Shown here in pieces: positions 28,739-38,626 of a stretch of DNA of 64,000 nt. Each line of letters opens with the position of its first letter. Within the stretch, counting starts at the first letter, position 1. The DNA comes from an uncultured archaeon (lineage in GTDB: Archaea > Altiarchaeota > Altiarchaeia > IMC4 > SCGC-AAA252-I15). The notes beneath the pieces were generated by a model that saw only the letters and a program-made list of their open reading frames with translations, was not told the origin of the DNA and ran no database searches. The stretch is taken from NCBI GenBank assembly GCA_902384455.1, contig CABMCB010000094.1:1-64000 (forward strand), written 5' to 3'. The position numbers and the translations under genes are program-made.

Positions 28739-29854
28739 ATGGCAGGGTTACAGGAACATGATATGCGATCAATGAAAGAATCATTGCAAGCCTATCTATC
28801 AAAAACACCTGCTGAAGAGGATGATGAAGAGGAAGAAAAAGGTAATGACAATAAAGTTAAGACGTATATAGTTGAATCAAATATTGACGATCCTAGGCGA
28901 ATTGAATATTGGCCTTTGGAATCTAAATTAAATGGGACCACTGACTCAAACTTATGGACGGTAAATATTCCCACGAATAGTAGTGATGACTTGTTTCTTT
29001 TTTTGGATACCACAGATCCGCGTTTCTGGCTATTTCACACATATGGAAAATCTAAGCCAGTACAAGATTTTATAGATAAACTTATAACTCAGGATAGGAG
29101 CAAGTTAGATTATTCTTGGTTTGCGTCTAACTTCCTCGAAAATAGATGTAATATAGGCGTTGGGACTGGTTTTGGATTGAAATATTTTAATTCTTTTTTG
29201 GAGAACACAGAAGAGATTGAGGAAAAAGGACTCCATCGATTTTCTATGCTCTTTTGGGGACAACAGCCTAGTCAAGTTCTAGCGGGGTTAAAAGGAAATC
29301 AAGTATTAGTTTCGGGTGTAGCGTTATCGCGAATAAAAAGGATATTTAAAACGCAGGATGGTTATGTTAAAGAAAATATTCATTCGAACGGGCAGTTTAC
29401 CCTAACAAAAGGCGATTCAATAGATAGTCATTTTTTAGCAGTGGATAAAGTCAAAAATCAATACTCGCAATTGATAGAAAAAATTGAAAATAATTATAGA
29501 ATACAATACCAAAGTACTGATTCTGGTTTTAGAATTAAGGGAACTTATGTGGTTATTGAATTCACAAAAAAGATAGAGAATATGGGGTTATTCATTAAGA
29601 ATTTTCTTTCTTGCACTCAACCATTTAGGCTTTTTGGCATACCCCGAATAGAGAGTGAGACTTTTGTTAAAGTTGCAGCTGTTGATCTCCACACCTATGA
29701 TAAATTCAATATGGAAATAACTCCTGAAAGCATCCGACTATTTTTAGATCAAGAAAGTTGTGGAAATGTGATTACGCGATTGATGACAAATCTTCAACAC
29801 TACTATGATTCACAAATAGTAATTAAGGGGTGCAATGATGAGCAAATCCTCTAA
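28739..29854 (+). CDS. Hypothetical protein (first of an AT-rich gene pair)
   Basis: 371-aa ORF with motif-like DPRFWLFHT, PFRLFG, AVDLH, CGNVITRL.TNLQH. Confidence 0.8.
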   Translation: MAGLQEHDMRSMKESLQAYLSKTPAEEDDEEEEKGNDNKVKTYIVESNIDDPRRIEYWPLESKLNGTTDSNLWTVNIPTNSSDDLFLFLDTTDPRFWLFHTYGKSKPVQDFIDKLITQDRSKLDYSWFASNFLENRCNIGVGTGFGLKYFNSFLENTEEIEEKGLHRFSMLFWGQQPSQVLAGLKGNQVLVSGVALSRIKRIFKTQDGYVKENIHSNGQFTLTKGDSIDSHFLAVDKVKNQYSQLIEKIENNYRIQYQSTDSGFRIKGTYVVIEFTKKIENMGLFIKNFLSCTQPFRLFGIPRIESETFVKVAAVDLHTYDKFNMEITPESIRLFLDQESCGNVITRLMTNLQHYYDSQIVIKGCNDEQIL

Positions 29855-30698
29855 AAGTACGAAATTATTGAATTGTATTATTGCTCTCACAACTAAAACT
29901 CCGGATTTTCCTAGCCCATTATACGACAATGGGTATCAAATAGAAGTTATAGAACCAAGAATTTTATTGTCGGATGGTTCTCAATCAAATCCAGATATTC
30001 AATTAAAGAAAAACGATGATTACCTATTGTTCTTTGAGTGTAAGGATGGGTTTTGTGAAAAAGATCAATTAGATAGGTATAAACGGATGACTTGTGATGA
30101 CATCAAGCGAACAAAAACATCATCTCTCTCCTCTTCTAAGTTATATTATGACCTAAGTTATTTTTGCACAAAGGAAAGCGAGGATAAGTTAATACCAAGC
30201 ATTGACAAGGACGGAAATATTTTTCCGATTATCGTTCTCGATTCGGATAAAATTTTTCATCATGTACAATCCAAAGGTTTTAACAATAAACAAACAGAAG
30301 CGATCTTAAAAGAGATCAAATTTGATAAACCTGTGCCCGAAAGCTTTATACCCTTTACAGTGGACGATAGTAATGAAACAATCACGATATTTCTATTACA
30401 GCATTTTATGTCTCGTTCAGGATATGAGTTTACATTAGATACTCTATTACAGGAACTCTTTTCGCATTTAATATTCAATTACTCCAGAAAAAGTAAAGAC
30501 GAACTAAAGGCTAGAATTGGACAGATAATAACTGGTTTAAAAAAGCGACCGGATATAGATGGTGCGATAACCCAAAAAGGGGATAAATACAAAGTTGAGC
30601 CTTCTGGCCCTAAAAAATTTAGGAGTTCTTGCATGAAAATTATTACTCAATATGAAGAACAACAGAACAAAATAACTCTTCAAAATTGGATGGACTGA
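29835..30698 (+). CDS. Hypothetical protein with PD-(D/E)xK-like N-terminus
   Basis: NPDIQL...LFFECKDG...QL.RY; overlaps the upstream gene. Confidence 0.75.
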   Translation: MMSKSSKSTKLLNCIIALTTKTPDFPSPLYDNGYQIEVIEPRILLSDGSQSNPDIQLKKNDDYLLFFECKDGFCEKDQLDRYKRMTCDDIKRTKTSSLSSSKLYYDLSYFCTKESEDKLIPSIDKDGNIFPIIVLDSDKIFHHVQSKGFNNKQTEAILKEIKFDKPVPESFIPFTVDDSNETITIFLLQHFMSRSGYEFTLDTLLQELFSHLIFNYSRKSKDELKARIGQIITGLKKRPDIDGAITQKGDKYKVEPSGPKKFRSSCMKIITQYEEQQNKITLQNWMD

Positions 30699-30707
30699 TT
30701 GGATATA

Positions 30708-31265
30708 CTAAGTCCTCTCTTTTTCCCATTGTTCCCATTCTTGTTTTTCTTGTTTTTGTATCTCGTTGAGGCGTTCCTTCTCCTTCTGATCGTCGTGTTT
30801 TCTTCGTGTTCGGGCGGTGGTGGTTATTGCGTCCCATTCATCGGCTATTTTCCTTAGGAAGGTGCTGAATTGCAGGCTTTCGTGTTCGTAACTTCGTCTT
30901 TTGCTTTTGATTGTCCAACGTGTGTTTTTTGGTATTTCTCTTGTTCGGTGGATTAAACCGAATCGGTATAGTTTGGGTATGATGTGTTTGTTGAGGGTGT
31001 TTATGCTGTATTTATTTTTCAGGCAGAATTCGACCTTGTCTTGGTAGGTTACTTCGCCTTTTTCGACGAGAAATTCGACGTATTTTGCCGCTATCTTATG
31101 GCATATCGGACTGTATTCCGTTGGGAAGAGGAATTCCAGAAGGTCGTCTGTGTTCCAGCGGAAGGAGTAGTCCCATATTTTGGCGCCGTATTTTCGTCCG
31201 CCTTTCTCCGGGAAATATAGGGCGTGCCTTGAGGGTATTCCTTTTCCGTTGTGGTTACCCACCAT
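30708..31265 (-). CDS. Uncharacterised winged-helix protein, paralogue 3 (closest to 5325..5828)
   Basis: IPSRHALYFP, FLFP.EY.P, IPKLYRFGLI, ESLQFSTFLRKIADEW. Confidence 0.8.
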   Translation of the reverse strand: MVGNHNGKGIPSRHALYFPEKGGRKYGAKIWDYSFRWNTDDLLEFLFPTEYSPICHKIAAKYVEFLVEKGEVTYQDKVEFCLKNKYSINTLNKHIIPKLYRFGLIHRTREIPKNTRWTIKSKRRSYEHESLQFSTFLRKIADEWDAITTTARTRRKHDDQKEKERLNEIQKQEKQEWEQWEKERT

Positions 31266-31268
31266 AGG
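31237..31268. repeat. 32-bp direct repeat, copy 1 (spans the start of wHTH paralogue 3)
   Basis: ATTCCTTTTCCGTTGTGGTTACCCACCATAGG; 31/32 identical to 47472-47503. Confidence 0.9.
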
Positions 31269-31665
31269 TATCACCGTATCTAGCGTATATCCTGAACCAT
31301 TCTAAGCCGATGAAACGTATCCTGTCTGAGAAAGCCTTTTCCAGATGAACCGTGTATTTCTTGCCTTTACCTCGTTCTCCCTCAACCCGGACTAGCCCGA
31401 ACTTCTCGAGTTTGGGCAATACGACGCTTATCAGCGTGTGGTAGTCAGATCCTACAACCTGCTTGATGTTGTTGCTCTCAATGGACTTGAGCTCAAGCAT
31501 CTGTTTCATGAACTTGAAGGCACAGTCAAACTGCTTCTTGTTGGTTTCTTCCGGGAAGAACAGCTGCATGAACTCCCAGACGCCCATATGCTGCCTCCCG
31601 TCAACCCTCCGTAACAGGTCGTCCTTGATGAATACGCTATCGTTAGCCCTTCGGTTCATTTTCAC
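31255..31665 (-). CDS. Uncharacterised winged-helix protein, paralogue 2
   Basis: LFFPEE, VLPKLEKFGLV, AFSDRIRFIGLEW. Confidence 0.8.
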   Translation of the reverse strand: MKMNRRANDSVFIKDDLLRRVDGRQHMGVWEFMQLFFPEETNKKQFDCAFKFMKQMLELKSIESNNIKQVVGSDYHTLISVVLPKLEKFGLVRVEGERGKGKKYTVHLEKAFSDRIRFIGLEWFRIYARYGDTYGG

Positions 31666-32074
31666 AGATCAATACCCAACTTTGAGCCAGATACTCTAGG
31701 TACTCAAGGAACTTGTCACTTAACCTAATCTCATACTGCATCTTGCTCTTACCCACCTTCTCTACCAAACCAAGGTACATGAGCTTATACAACATGACAT
31801 CCCTACTGCTCCTGCTATGGCTCACCTTACTGGAAAACCTAGCCCAATCATCCTGCGTAAAAGACTTACCCGCCCGCCGATAAGCCACCAGCTCCCTCAA
31901 AAACATCAAACAGATATCAGAAACATAGCTAGGATGATCATGCCACAAAAAAGACACAAAACCACCCAAATCTACGAGCTCCCCGGAATCGAACTTCTCA
32001 GTCAAACCCTTACGAAAAAATAACTTCTCAACCCTCAACTCATTATCCCGGTTACTAGGCGCGTGCTTACCCAT
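31643..32074 (-). CDS. Uncharacterised winged-helix protein, paralogue 1
   Basis: YKLMYLGLVEK, KFLEYLEYLAQSW; TATA-like TTTTATAT about 25 nt upstream of the ATG. Confidence 0.75.
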   Translation of the reverse strand: MGKHAPSNRDNELRVEKLFFRKGLTEKFDSGELVDLGGFVSFLWHDHPSYVSDICLMFLRELVAYRRAGKSFTQDDWARFSSKVSHSRSSRDVMLYKLMYLGLVEKVGKSKMQYEIRLSDKFLEYLEYLAQSWVLICENEPKG

Positions 32075-32159
32075 CCTCCACACACGTGAGGAACACGCAT
32101 ATAAAAACCCAGATCCTAGCAAAATTGACTAATTTTAACTGTCCAGCAAATAACATACC

Positions 32160-35100
32160 ATGACCGAGGATTTTGATTTTAGCACTTTCCTAAACCAGGG
32201 GGCTATAATTGATAACCGCCGGTCATTTAATGAAAAGACAGTAACTCTAAAAAGGGTTTTAGAGAGCCTTGCTAAGGGTTCTGAGGCGTTCAAATGTGCT
32301 GTTGGATACTTTTACATTGAGGGTCTTTCTGAGATAATCAACTCCTTAGATAACTTCAAAGAAATAAAGATTTTGATGGGCAGTGAGACAACGCCAAAAA
32401 CAAAGACAGAACTGATTAATGCATTCAAGAACGGCTTCGATAAAATAGAAAAAAATGAAACGACTATTCCCGCTATCCTACTTTTTCATAAGCTTGTTAA
32501 AGAGGCAAAAACTCTAAAAGTAAAAGTCTACTTGGGTGAAGATGGTAACTTCCAAAGACTACACTCAAAACTATATTTGTTCATAAAAGATAACGAATCA
32601 AAAGAAGCCTTAGATAAGTACAAGGCCGCGGTTGTCGGATCATCCAATTTAACCCCGAGCGGTTTAATCGGCAATACTGAACTTGATGTAATAATTGAAA
32701 GAAGGCCGGATTTACAGTATCTTGAGAAGTGGTTTGACGGTCTGTGGACAATTGGGACTGAGGAATTCGAGAAACTCAGGGTATCTGATGCAATAATTGA
32801 AGCTATCGAAAAGTCGAAGTTTGGGGAGCATCTAAATGAATCGTATACTTACCTAGAACCGGTTGAGTTCTTTACCGTATTAATAAAATTCCTAAAAGCA
32901 GATTATCTCTTTGAAGACTGGAAGAAATCAGGACTGTTCAAATTCCAAGTTATTGACACTATACGGTGTTTACGGCTCTTTAGGGAAAAGGACTATCGGG
33001 GCGTATTCTTAACCTCCTCAGTAGGTTTAGGTAAATCCTATGTGGCCTGCCAAATATCTGAAATACATTTACGCGAAAAAAAGGACGTACTCATAATAGG
33101 TCCAGCAAACCTTGTGCAAAGCGAAGACCAATGGCCGAGGTATCTAAAGGAGTTTAATCTTATTGGGAAAGTCCACCTTGTCTCTATGGGGGCTCTTCAG
33201 GACGATCCAGGCATAGTTTTCAACAAGAGATTTGTCAATTATTCCACCGGTGGAAAAGTTAAACTTGATAGCGAAAACAAATATGACCTCATTATTGTTG
33301 ACGAAGCCCACAACTATCGTAACCCCGATGCTTACCGCACACGCAACCTAAAGAGGATAATAGATTTAAACGGTAAAGCAAAGATACTTTTCTTAACTGC
33401 CACGCCGATTAATACACGCCTAGAAGACTTGATAAACCTGATTAACTTATTCCACCGACCCGGCGCGAATCTTTACTTTGATAAGATAATCCGTGACTTT
33501 AAGGCCATCCTAGGACATTTAGCGACTACTGAATTTGAGGATTTAACCGAATACGAAAGGGGTGAACTGGTTAAATTGCAGGAAGAAGTTGAAAAAGAAT
33601 TGTTTGTCAAATCAACAAGAGAAACAATAAAATCAGATGAAACATACATCCAAGAACTCAAGTATTTTACTGGTGTAGACATAACCAACATACCAGACCC
33701 CACTGTTGAGGGGGAGGTATATGTCCTTCATGAGCGTTACAGGCCCATTGTGAATGGAATTGTAGATTTCATAAATAGCCTAAGTGCAGCACACCTACGG
33801 ATAGTAGACCCCGAGAAGGGTATTAGGTTAGGTGGATTCTTCAAATGGGTGCTTTACAAGAGATTTGAAAGCAGTATCTACGCATATTACCTAACTCTGA
33901 CAAGATTAGCCAAGAAAAACATAAGCATTGAATCTGCAATACAAAACCGAGATATTAAATACCTTGAACCTGAAGACGAAGATGATATCCCGATCACTTT
34001 TGAGCTTGACTTCAAAGAAAATCTTCAAAAAGTTATCGACAAAATAAAACAGGGGAAAGGCGCAGAACACCTAGCAATCTTATCTGAACTCACAAAGGAT
34101 AGGGAACTGATTCAGGAAGAACTGAAAAAATTGACGCCCTTACTCAACAAAAAACAAATATTCGAGGACGACAAAAAACTAGAGAAATTAGAGCAAACAC
34201 TCAGAGAACAAAAAAATAAGAAGATACTTGTCTTTACCGAATACAAAGACACACTAAAAGCAATAAAGCAAGTAATAAGCGAAAATTTCGACCAGGAAAC
34301 AATAAGATTCGTCTCCTCAGACACAAAAAACAAAGAAGGGATAATAGAAAAATTCAACAACAAAAACTCCAACCTTAGAATACTAATAACTACCGACACC
34401 CTATCTGAAGGAGTTAACATAAGCGGGGCGGATATCGTAATAAACTACGACATACCCTACAATCCCGTAAGAATCATCCAAAGAATCGGTCGTGCAACTA
34501 GACTAGACAATCCCAAAGAGGTCCTAGTTATAAACTATAAACCTGATTCGGACATAGACAAAGAGCTTGAATTAGTCTCTAAGATGGATCTCCGAATCAA
34601 GGACATAATCAAATTCGTAGGAGTAGACTACAGAGTATGGATTGACAAAGAAAATGAGGTAAAAAAACTCTTAGAAGAAAGACGAGCAAGAGATAGGGTA
34701 AACTATGCCAAAGTACTAGAAAACATAAGAAACGACGTATGGTCCGGAGACTTCTCAGACCTCGAATCCAAGATACAATACACAAAACCGTCGCTAATCC
34801 TATTACAAAAAGCAATAAACAAATACCACCTGAAAAGAGAGGATATAGAAAAAACACAAGAAATACCACAAAAAGCGTACACCTGCCTGCAAGGACAACA
34901 TAACCTATCTGTATTCTACGGTAATGGAGAAACATTCAACGAAGAGCATCTCTCAAAAATCGACATAAAAGAGACGCGAAAAGAGATAATACTCGAAAGA
35001 GAATTCAAGAACGAATTAGATGACTTTTCAGAGCAACTAAAGAAGGAAAAACAAGAGGAGTTAAGCCTTAGGTATTATAACGACCGGATTGATAGAAAAA

Positions 35101-35375
35101 TCTACGATGTACTAGACATACTCAAAGCCGAGGGGTATACTGAGATATATCCAAAATCTAAGGGGTTTATTGATGTATTATTATCCGTTAAAGACAATTG
35201 TGGGGGTACTACAGAACAAGTTGTAAATAGAATACATAACGATATACGCAAAATATCAAATCAGAATTTAGATGAATGGATAGAGCGTATAACTATGAGT
35301 TTCACAAGAAAACACGTGCAAGAAAAACTAGTCAAAGAATCAGAGCACCGGCTAGCATTAGCACTCATTGAATAA
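32160..35375 (+). CDS. PLD (HKD) nuclease fused to SNF2/SF2 helicase
   Basis: LHSKLY...VGSSNLT; VGLGKS, DEAH, TATP, SEGVN, QRIGR. Confidence 0.92.
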   Translation: MTEDFDFSTFLNQGAIIDNRRSFNEKTVTLKRVLESLAKGSEAFKCAVGYFYIEGLSEIINSLDNFKEIKILMGSETTPKTKTELINAFKNGFDKIEKNETTIPAILLFHKLVKEAKTLKVKVYLGEDGNFQRLHSKLYLFIKDNESKEALDKYKAAVVGSSNLTPSGLIGNTELDVIIERRPDLQYLEKWFDGLWTIGTEEFEKLRVSDAIIEAIEKSKFGEHLNESYTYLEPVEFFTVLIKFLKADYLFEDWKKSGLFKFQVIDTIRCLRLFREKDYRGVFLTSSVGLGKSYVACQISEIHLREKKDVLIIGPANLVQSEDQWPRYLKEFNLIGKVHLVSMGALQDDPGIVFNKRFVNYSTGGKVKLDSENKYDLIIVDEAHNYRNPDAYRTRNLKRIIDLNGKAKILFLTATPINTRLEDLINLINLFHRPGANLYFDKIIRDFKAILGHLATTEFEDLTEYERGELVKLQEEVEKELFVKSTRETIKSDETYIQELKYFTGVDITNIPDPTVEGEVYVLHERYRPIVNGIVDFINSLSAAHLRIVDPEKGIRLGGFFKWVLYKRFESSIYAYYLTLTRLAKKNISIESAIQNRDIKYLEPEDEDDIPITFELDFKENLQKVIDKIKQGKGAEHLAILSELTKDRELIQEELKKLTPLLNKKQIFEDDKKLEKLEQTLREQKNKKILVFTEYKDTLKAIKQVISENFDQETIRFVSSDTKNKEGIIEKFNNKNSNLRILITTDTLSEGVNISGADIVINYDIPYNPVRIIQRIGRATRLDNPKEVLVINYKPDSDIDKELELVSKMDLRIKDIIKFVGVDYRVWIDKENEVKKLLEERRARDRVNYAKVLENIRNDVWSGDFSDLESKIQYTKPSLILLQKAINKYHLKREDIEKTQEIPQKAYTCLQGQHNLSVFYGNGETFNEEHLSKIDIKETRKEIILEREFKNELDDFSEQLKKEKQEELSLRYYNDRIDRKIYDVLDILKAEGYTEIYPKSKGFIDVLLSVKDNCGGTTEQVVNRIHNDIRKISNQNLDEWIERITMSFTRKHVQEKLVKESEHRLALALIE

Positions 35376-35381
35376 TCAAAG

Positions 35382-38300
35382 ATGAGGATACAGGACATCT
35401 TAGGGGGGGGACAAAAACTTGAGGAATTTTTAATAGAAAAAGGCTATAAAGTTGAAACTGAGTATATTGACAAAGAATATCCCTCAGCACTTTTTATTAA
35501 GTTAGATAAAAGACGATTACTAGCAATTATTGAATTATCTAATGAAGAATCTATTAAGGAAATAAAAAATTATTTTCTTATTGATAAAGGATTAACCCAT
35601 TGTTGTTTGATTCTTCCTCAAAAACTGTTATTCTTTAGGAACTTCGGTGAACGAAGATATTTCCTATACTCTCAAAGGACTAGTGATTCAATTTCAAAAA
35701 TCGACAAACTAGATAAAATAAATGATGATTTTGATTTGTTATTCCAAACTCGAGATGTCTCTGGCGACTTTTACGAAAAATTTAGACTTAAACGAGATTT
35801 TCTTGTCAGGCATATACAGAATGATTTTGAGTCTCCAGAAAAATATCTCATTGCTCAAAAAATATTTGATAGAATCTTCTTTATCTATTTTTTGTGTCAT
35901 AAGGGTATAATAAAATTTTCAGATGGTCGTGCTATAGGGGGGAAATCTCTATTTAAAATACTGCTTGAAAATGGCGAATTCACAAAAAATTTAAAAAATT
36001 TATTCCATCTATTCAATGACGTTGAAGGAAAGTCCATTAAGATTGGTGATAATGTTATCTTAGTACCATATCTTAATGGTGGCCTTTTTCGCCCAGATGT
36101 TTTAGAGCTAGATTTAGATATTTCTCTCACAAATAAAGATTGGAATTCTATCCTAGATTTTCTTAATGACTATCATTGGATTATAGAGGACGATATTACC
36201 GTAGCTGTCCACGACGAAGAAAAAGTATTAACTCCCGAGATATTGGGGCATGTTTATGAACGGGGTGTAGTTGAATGGGAGAATATTGGTTATAATAATG
36301 CTGCAGATGAATCTACAGGTAAAAAGTCGATAAGTGAAAGGAAGAAGAAGGGAGTATATTATACTCCCGAAGAGATTACTGACTATATATCTAGAAACAC
36401 AATTTTCCCATATATCCTTGAAAAATTTGGGGGAAAGTATTCGAGTATAGAAGATATCTTGGATATTGGGGATAAATCAGATTTAGAAGAATTAAAAAAT
36501 ATTTCATTAAATCTGAAGATATTAGACCCTGCATGCGGTAGTGGGGCTTTTTTAATAAATGCGGCCGAAATTTTGTTCTATCTTAATGCAAGAATAAATT
36601 CAAAGCTGGGTATAAAACAGAGATATTATGACATTAAACTTGATATTGTAACAGAAAACATATATGGTGTTGATATACTGCAAGGATCTTCAGAAATATC
36701 AAAGTTACGACTATGGTTATGGTTGATAGCTGATTATGTTGACGTAGTAGATATCAAAGCATTACCCAACATCGAGTATAACATCCGTGTAGGGAATAGT
36801 CTCGTTGGATGGATAGATGAAAAATTGGCCCAGATACCATTAAGGAGCCCACTAACAGATGAGATAGTGGGAATATTCAAAGGACTTAGGGTATACTCAA
36901 ATAATCAAGATACGCAAAAAATTGAAAAAGCTAGAGCATTATTAGGGGATAATGAATGGACCTCAAATAACCCTACCCATCCATTAGAGCGGTATATAGA
37001 AGCATATTCACTTCTCTACTCGATATATAGGAAATCTCATGGGATTAAGGCTGAAAATTTAAAGGGCATAATCGAAACTATTCGAAAAGCAATTTACTCG
37101 AGTATAAGTCCCGGATATTACGAGTATGTTAATGACCGCTTAAAAAAAGACCATATTCGCCCTATTCCGTATACTGAATTTTACCAATTAAAACCATTCC
37201 ATTGGAGAGTAGATTTTGGGGATATTATCAAGAGGGGGGGATTTGATATAGTAATTGGAAATCCACCTTATGTCGATGCACAAACCCAATCATCTAAATA
37301 TGAAAAAACAACGATTAAGGCGCTGTATTTGTCATACACAAATAATTGTGATTATTATGTTCCGTTCATTGAGCTAGGTGCAATAAAACTATGCAGTAAA
37401 GACGGTAGGTTCTCATATATCTGCCCAAATAATTTTTTAAAGCTAGAGTATGGTAAAAACATAAGGAAGCTATTAGAAGGGAGAGTGTATGAGATAGATG
37501 ATTTTGGAGCAAACCAAGTATTTTATGGGTCAGATATCACTAACTATTCCCTTTTGATATTTTCTAGAGGCAAATGTAAGATTCTGGATTATCGATATTT
37601 TAAGTATAAAAAAGATTTTGAACCTATCCTTAAGTCGGGTAGATTAAACTTTTCTTATCCAGCTGATGAATTTGAAGATAATATTTCATATCATTCATTA
37701 TATCAAGATTATAAGGGATTTGTACTTTTTAATGAAAGTCCCTGGATTTTTTTAACAAAGCTTGAGGAGAAATATCTCCCAAATATAATAACAGATAATA
37801 TTCCATTAACTGAAGTTATTGGTGCAAAAATCCATGAAGGAAGTAGTACCGGAGATGATGATTTCTATCTCTTAGAGGATTGTAAAAACAAGAAGGGTTT
37901 GATTGAGGGTTTTTCTAAACTGAAAGAGGAGAGGATTACTATTGAAAAAGAGTTATGTAAAAAATATGTTAAAAGAATATCTGAAGACTTCAGGATAGTT
38001 GATGAAAATATGTTCTTGGTATTTCCATATAAAAAACAGGGCGACGGATACATTTCCCTCTCCGAAAAAGAACTAAAAAAATACTCGATTGGTTATCCAT
38101 ATTTCAAGGAATTTAGGGGTAGACTGGAAAAACGAGAAGACATTAAGAAGAAATCAAATTTTGAAGACACGTGGTTTCTATTCTCTGCAGCGAGAAGTTT
38201 AGAGTATTACGATAAAAACAAGATTATTATGAAATTTACCTCTAAAGACAAACCAAAATTTGCTATCGATAAAGAGGGATACTTTCATAATGCTTCGATT

Positions 38301-38591
38301 AATAACATCACGATAGAGGCATCTATTGATATCCCGGTAGAAGTGTTATTCAATATTCTAGTTTCAGATTTTACAAAATATTTTATTGCAAGGTTTGGTA
38401 CTTTTCTCAGGGGGGGGTATATTAGATATGAAGAACGTTTTTTGAAAAATTTACCAATACCAAAAAAGATAAAGACGAAAAGATGTACGGATATGAAAAC
38501 TAGTTATGGATATGATTCCTTATTTGATAAATTTATTGAAAAATTTTTAGAAGAATGGATTTCAGATAACGGTAATTCAGAACTGCAATAG
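35382..38591 (+). CDS. Eco57I/type IIG-like N6-adenine DNA methyltransferase with TRD
   Basis: YLNGGLF, GVYYTP, LDPACGSGAF, GNPPY. Confidence 0.92.
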   Translation: MRIQDILGGGQKLEEFLIEKGYKVETEYIDKEYPSALFIKLDKRRLLAIIELSNEESIKEIKNYFLIDKGLTHCCLILPQKLLFFRNFGERRYFLYSQRTSDSISKIDKLDKINDDFDLLFQTRDVSGDFYEKFRLKRDFLVRHIQNDFESPEKYLIAQKIFDRIFFIYFLCHKGIIKFSDGRAIGGKSLFKILLENGEFTKNLKNLFHLFNDVEGKSIKIGDNVILVPYLNGGLFRPDVLELDLDISLTNKDWNSILDFLNDYHWIIEDDITVAVHDEEKVLTPEILGHVYERGVVEWENIGYNNAADESTGKKSISERKKKGVYYTPEEITDYISRNTIFPYILEKFGGKYSSIEDILDIGDKSDLEELKNISLNLKILDPACGSGAFLINAAEILFYLNARINSKLGIKQRYYDIKLDIVTENIYGVDILQGSSEISKLRLWLWLIADYVDVVDIKALPNIEYNIRVGNSLVGWIDEKLAQIPLRSPLTDEIVGIFKGLRVYSNNQDTQKIEKARALLGDNEWTSNNPTHPLERYIEAYSLLYSIYRKSHGIKAENLKGIIETIRKAIYSSISPGYYEYVNDRLKKDHIRPIPYTEFYQLKPFHWRVDFGDIIKRGGFDIVIGNPPYVDAQTQSSKYEKTTIKALYLSYTNNCDYYVPFIELGAIKLCSKDGRFSYICPNNFLKLEYGKNIRKLLEGRVYEIDDFGANQVFYGSDITNYSLLIFSRGKCKILDYRYFKYKKDFEPILKSGRLNFSYPADEFEDNISYHSLYQDYKGFVLFNESPWIFLTKLEEKYLPNIITDNIPLTEVIGAKIHEGSSTGDDDFYLLEDCKNKKGLIEGFSKLKEERITIEKELCKKYVKRISEDFRIVDENMFLVFPYKKQGDGYISLSEKELKKYSIGYPYFKEFRGRLEKREDIKKKSNFEDTWFLFSAARSLEYYDKNKIIMKFTSKDKPKFAIDKEGYFHNASINNITIEASIDIPVEVLFNILVSDFTKYFIARFGTFLRGGYIRYEERFLKNLPIPKKIKTKRCTDMKTSYGYDSLFDKFIEKFLEEWISDNGNSELQ

Positions 38592-38626
38592 TCTGTCACA
38601 AGTTAACTCGAGTATATTATTTGTTC

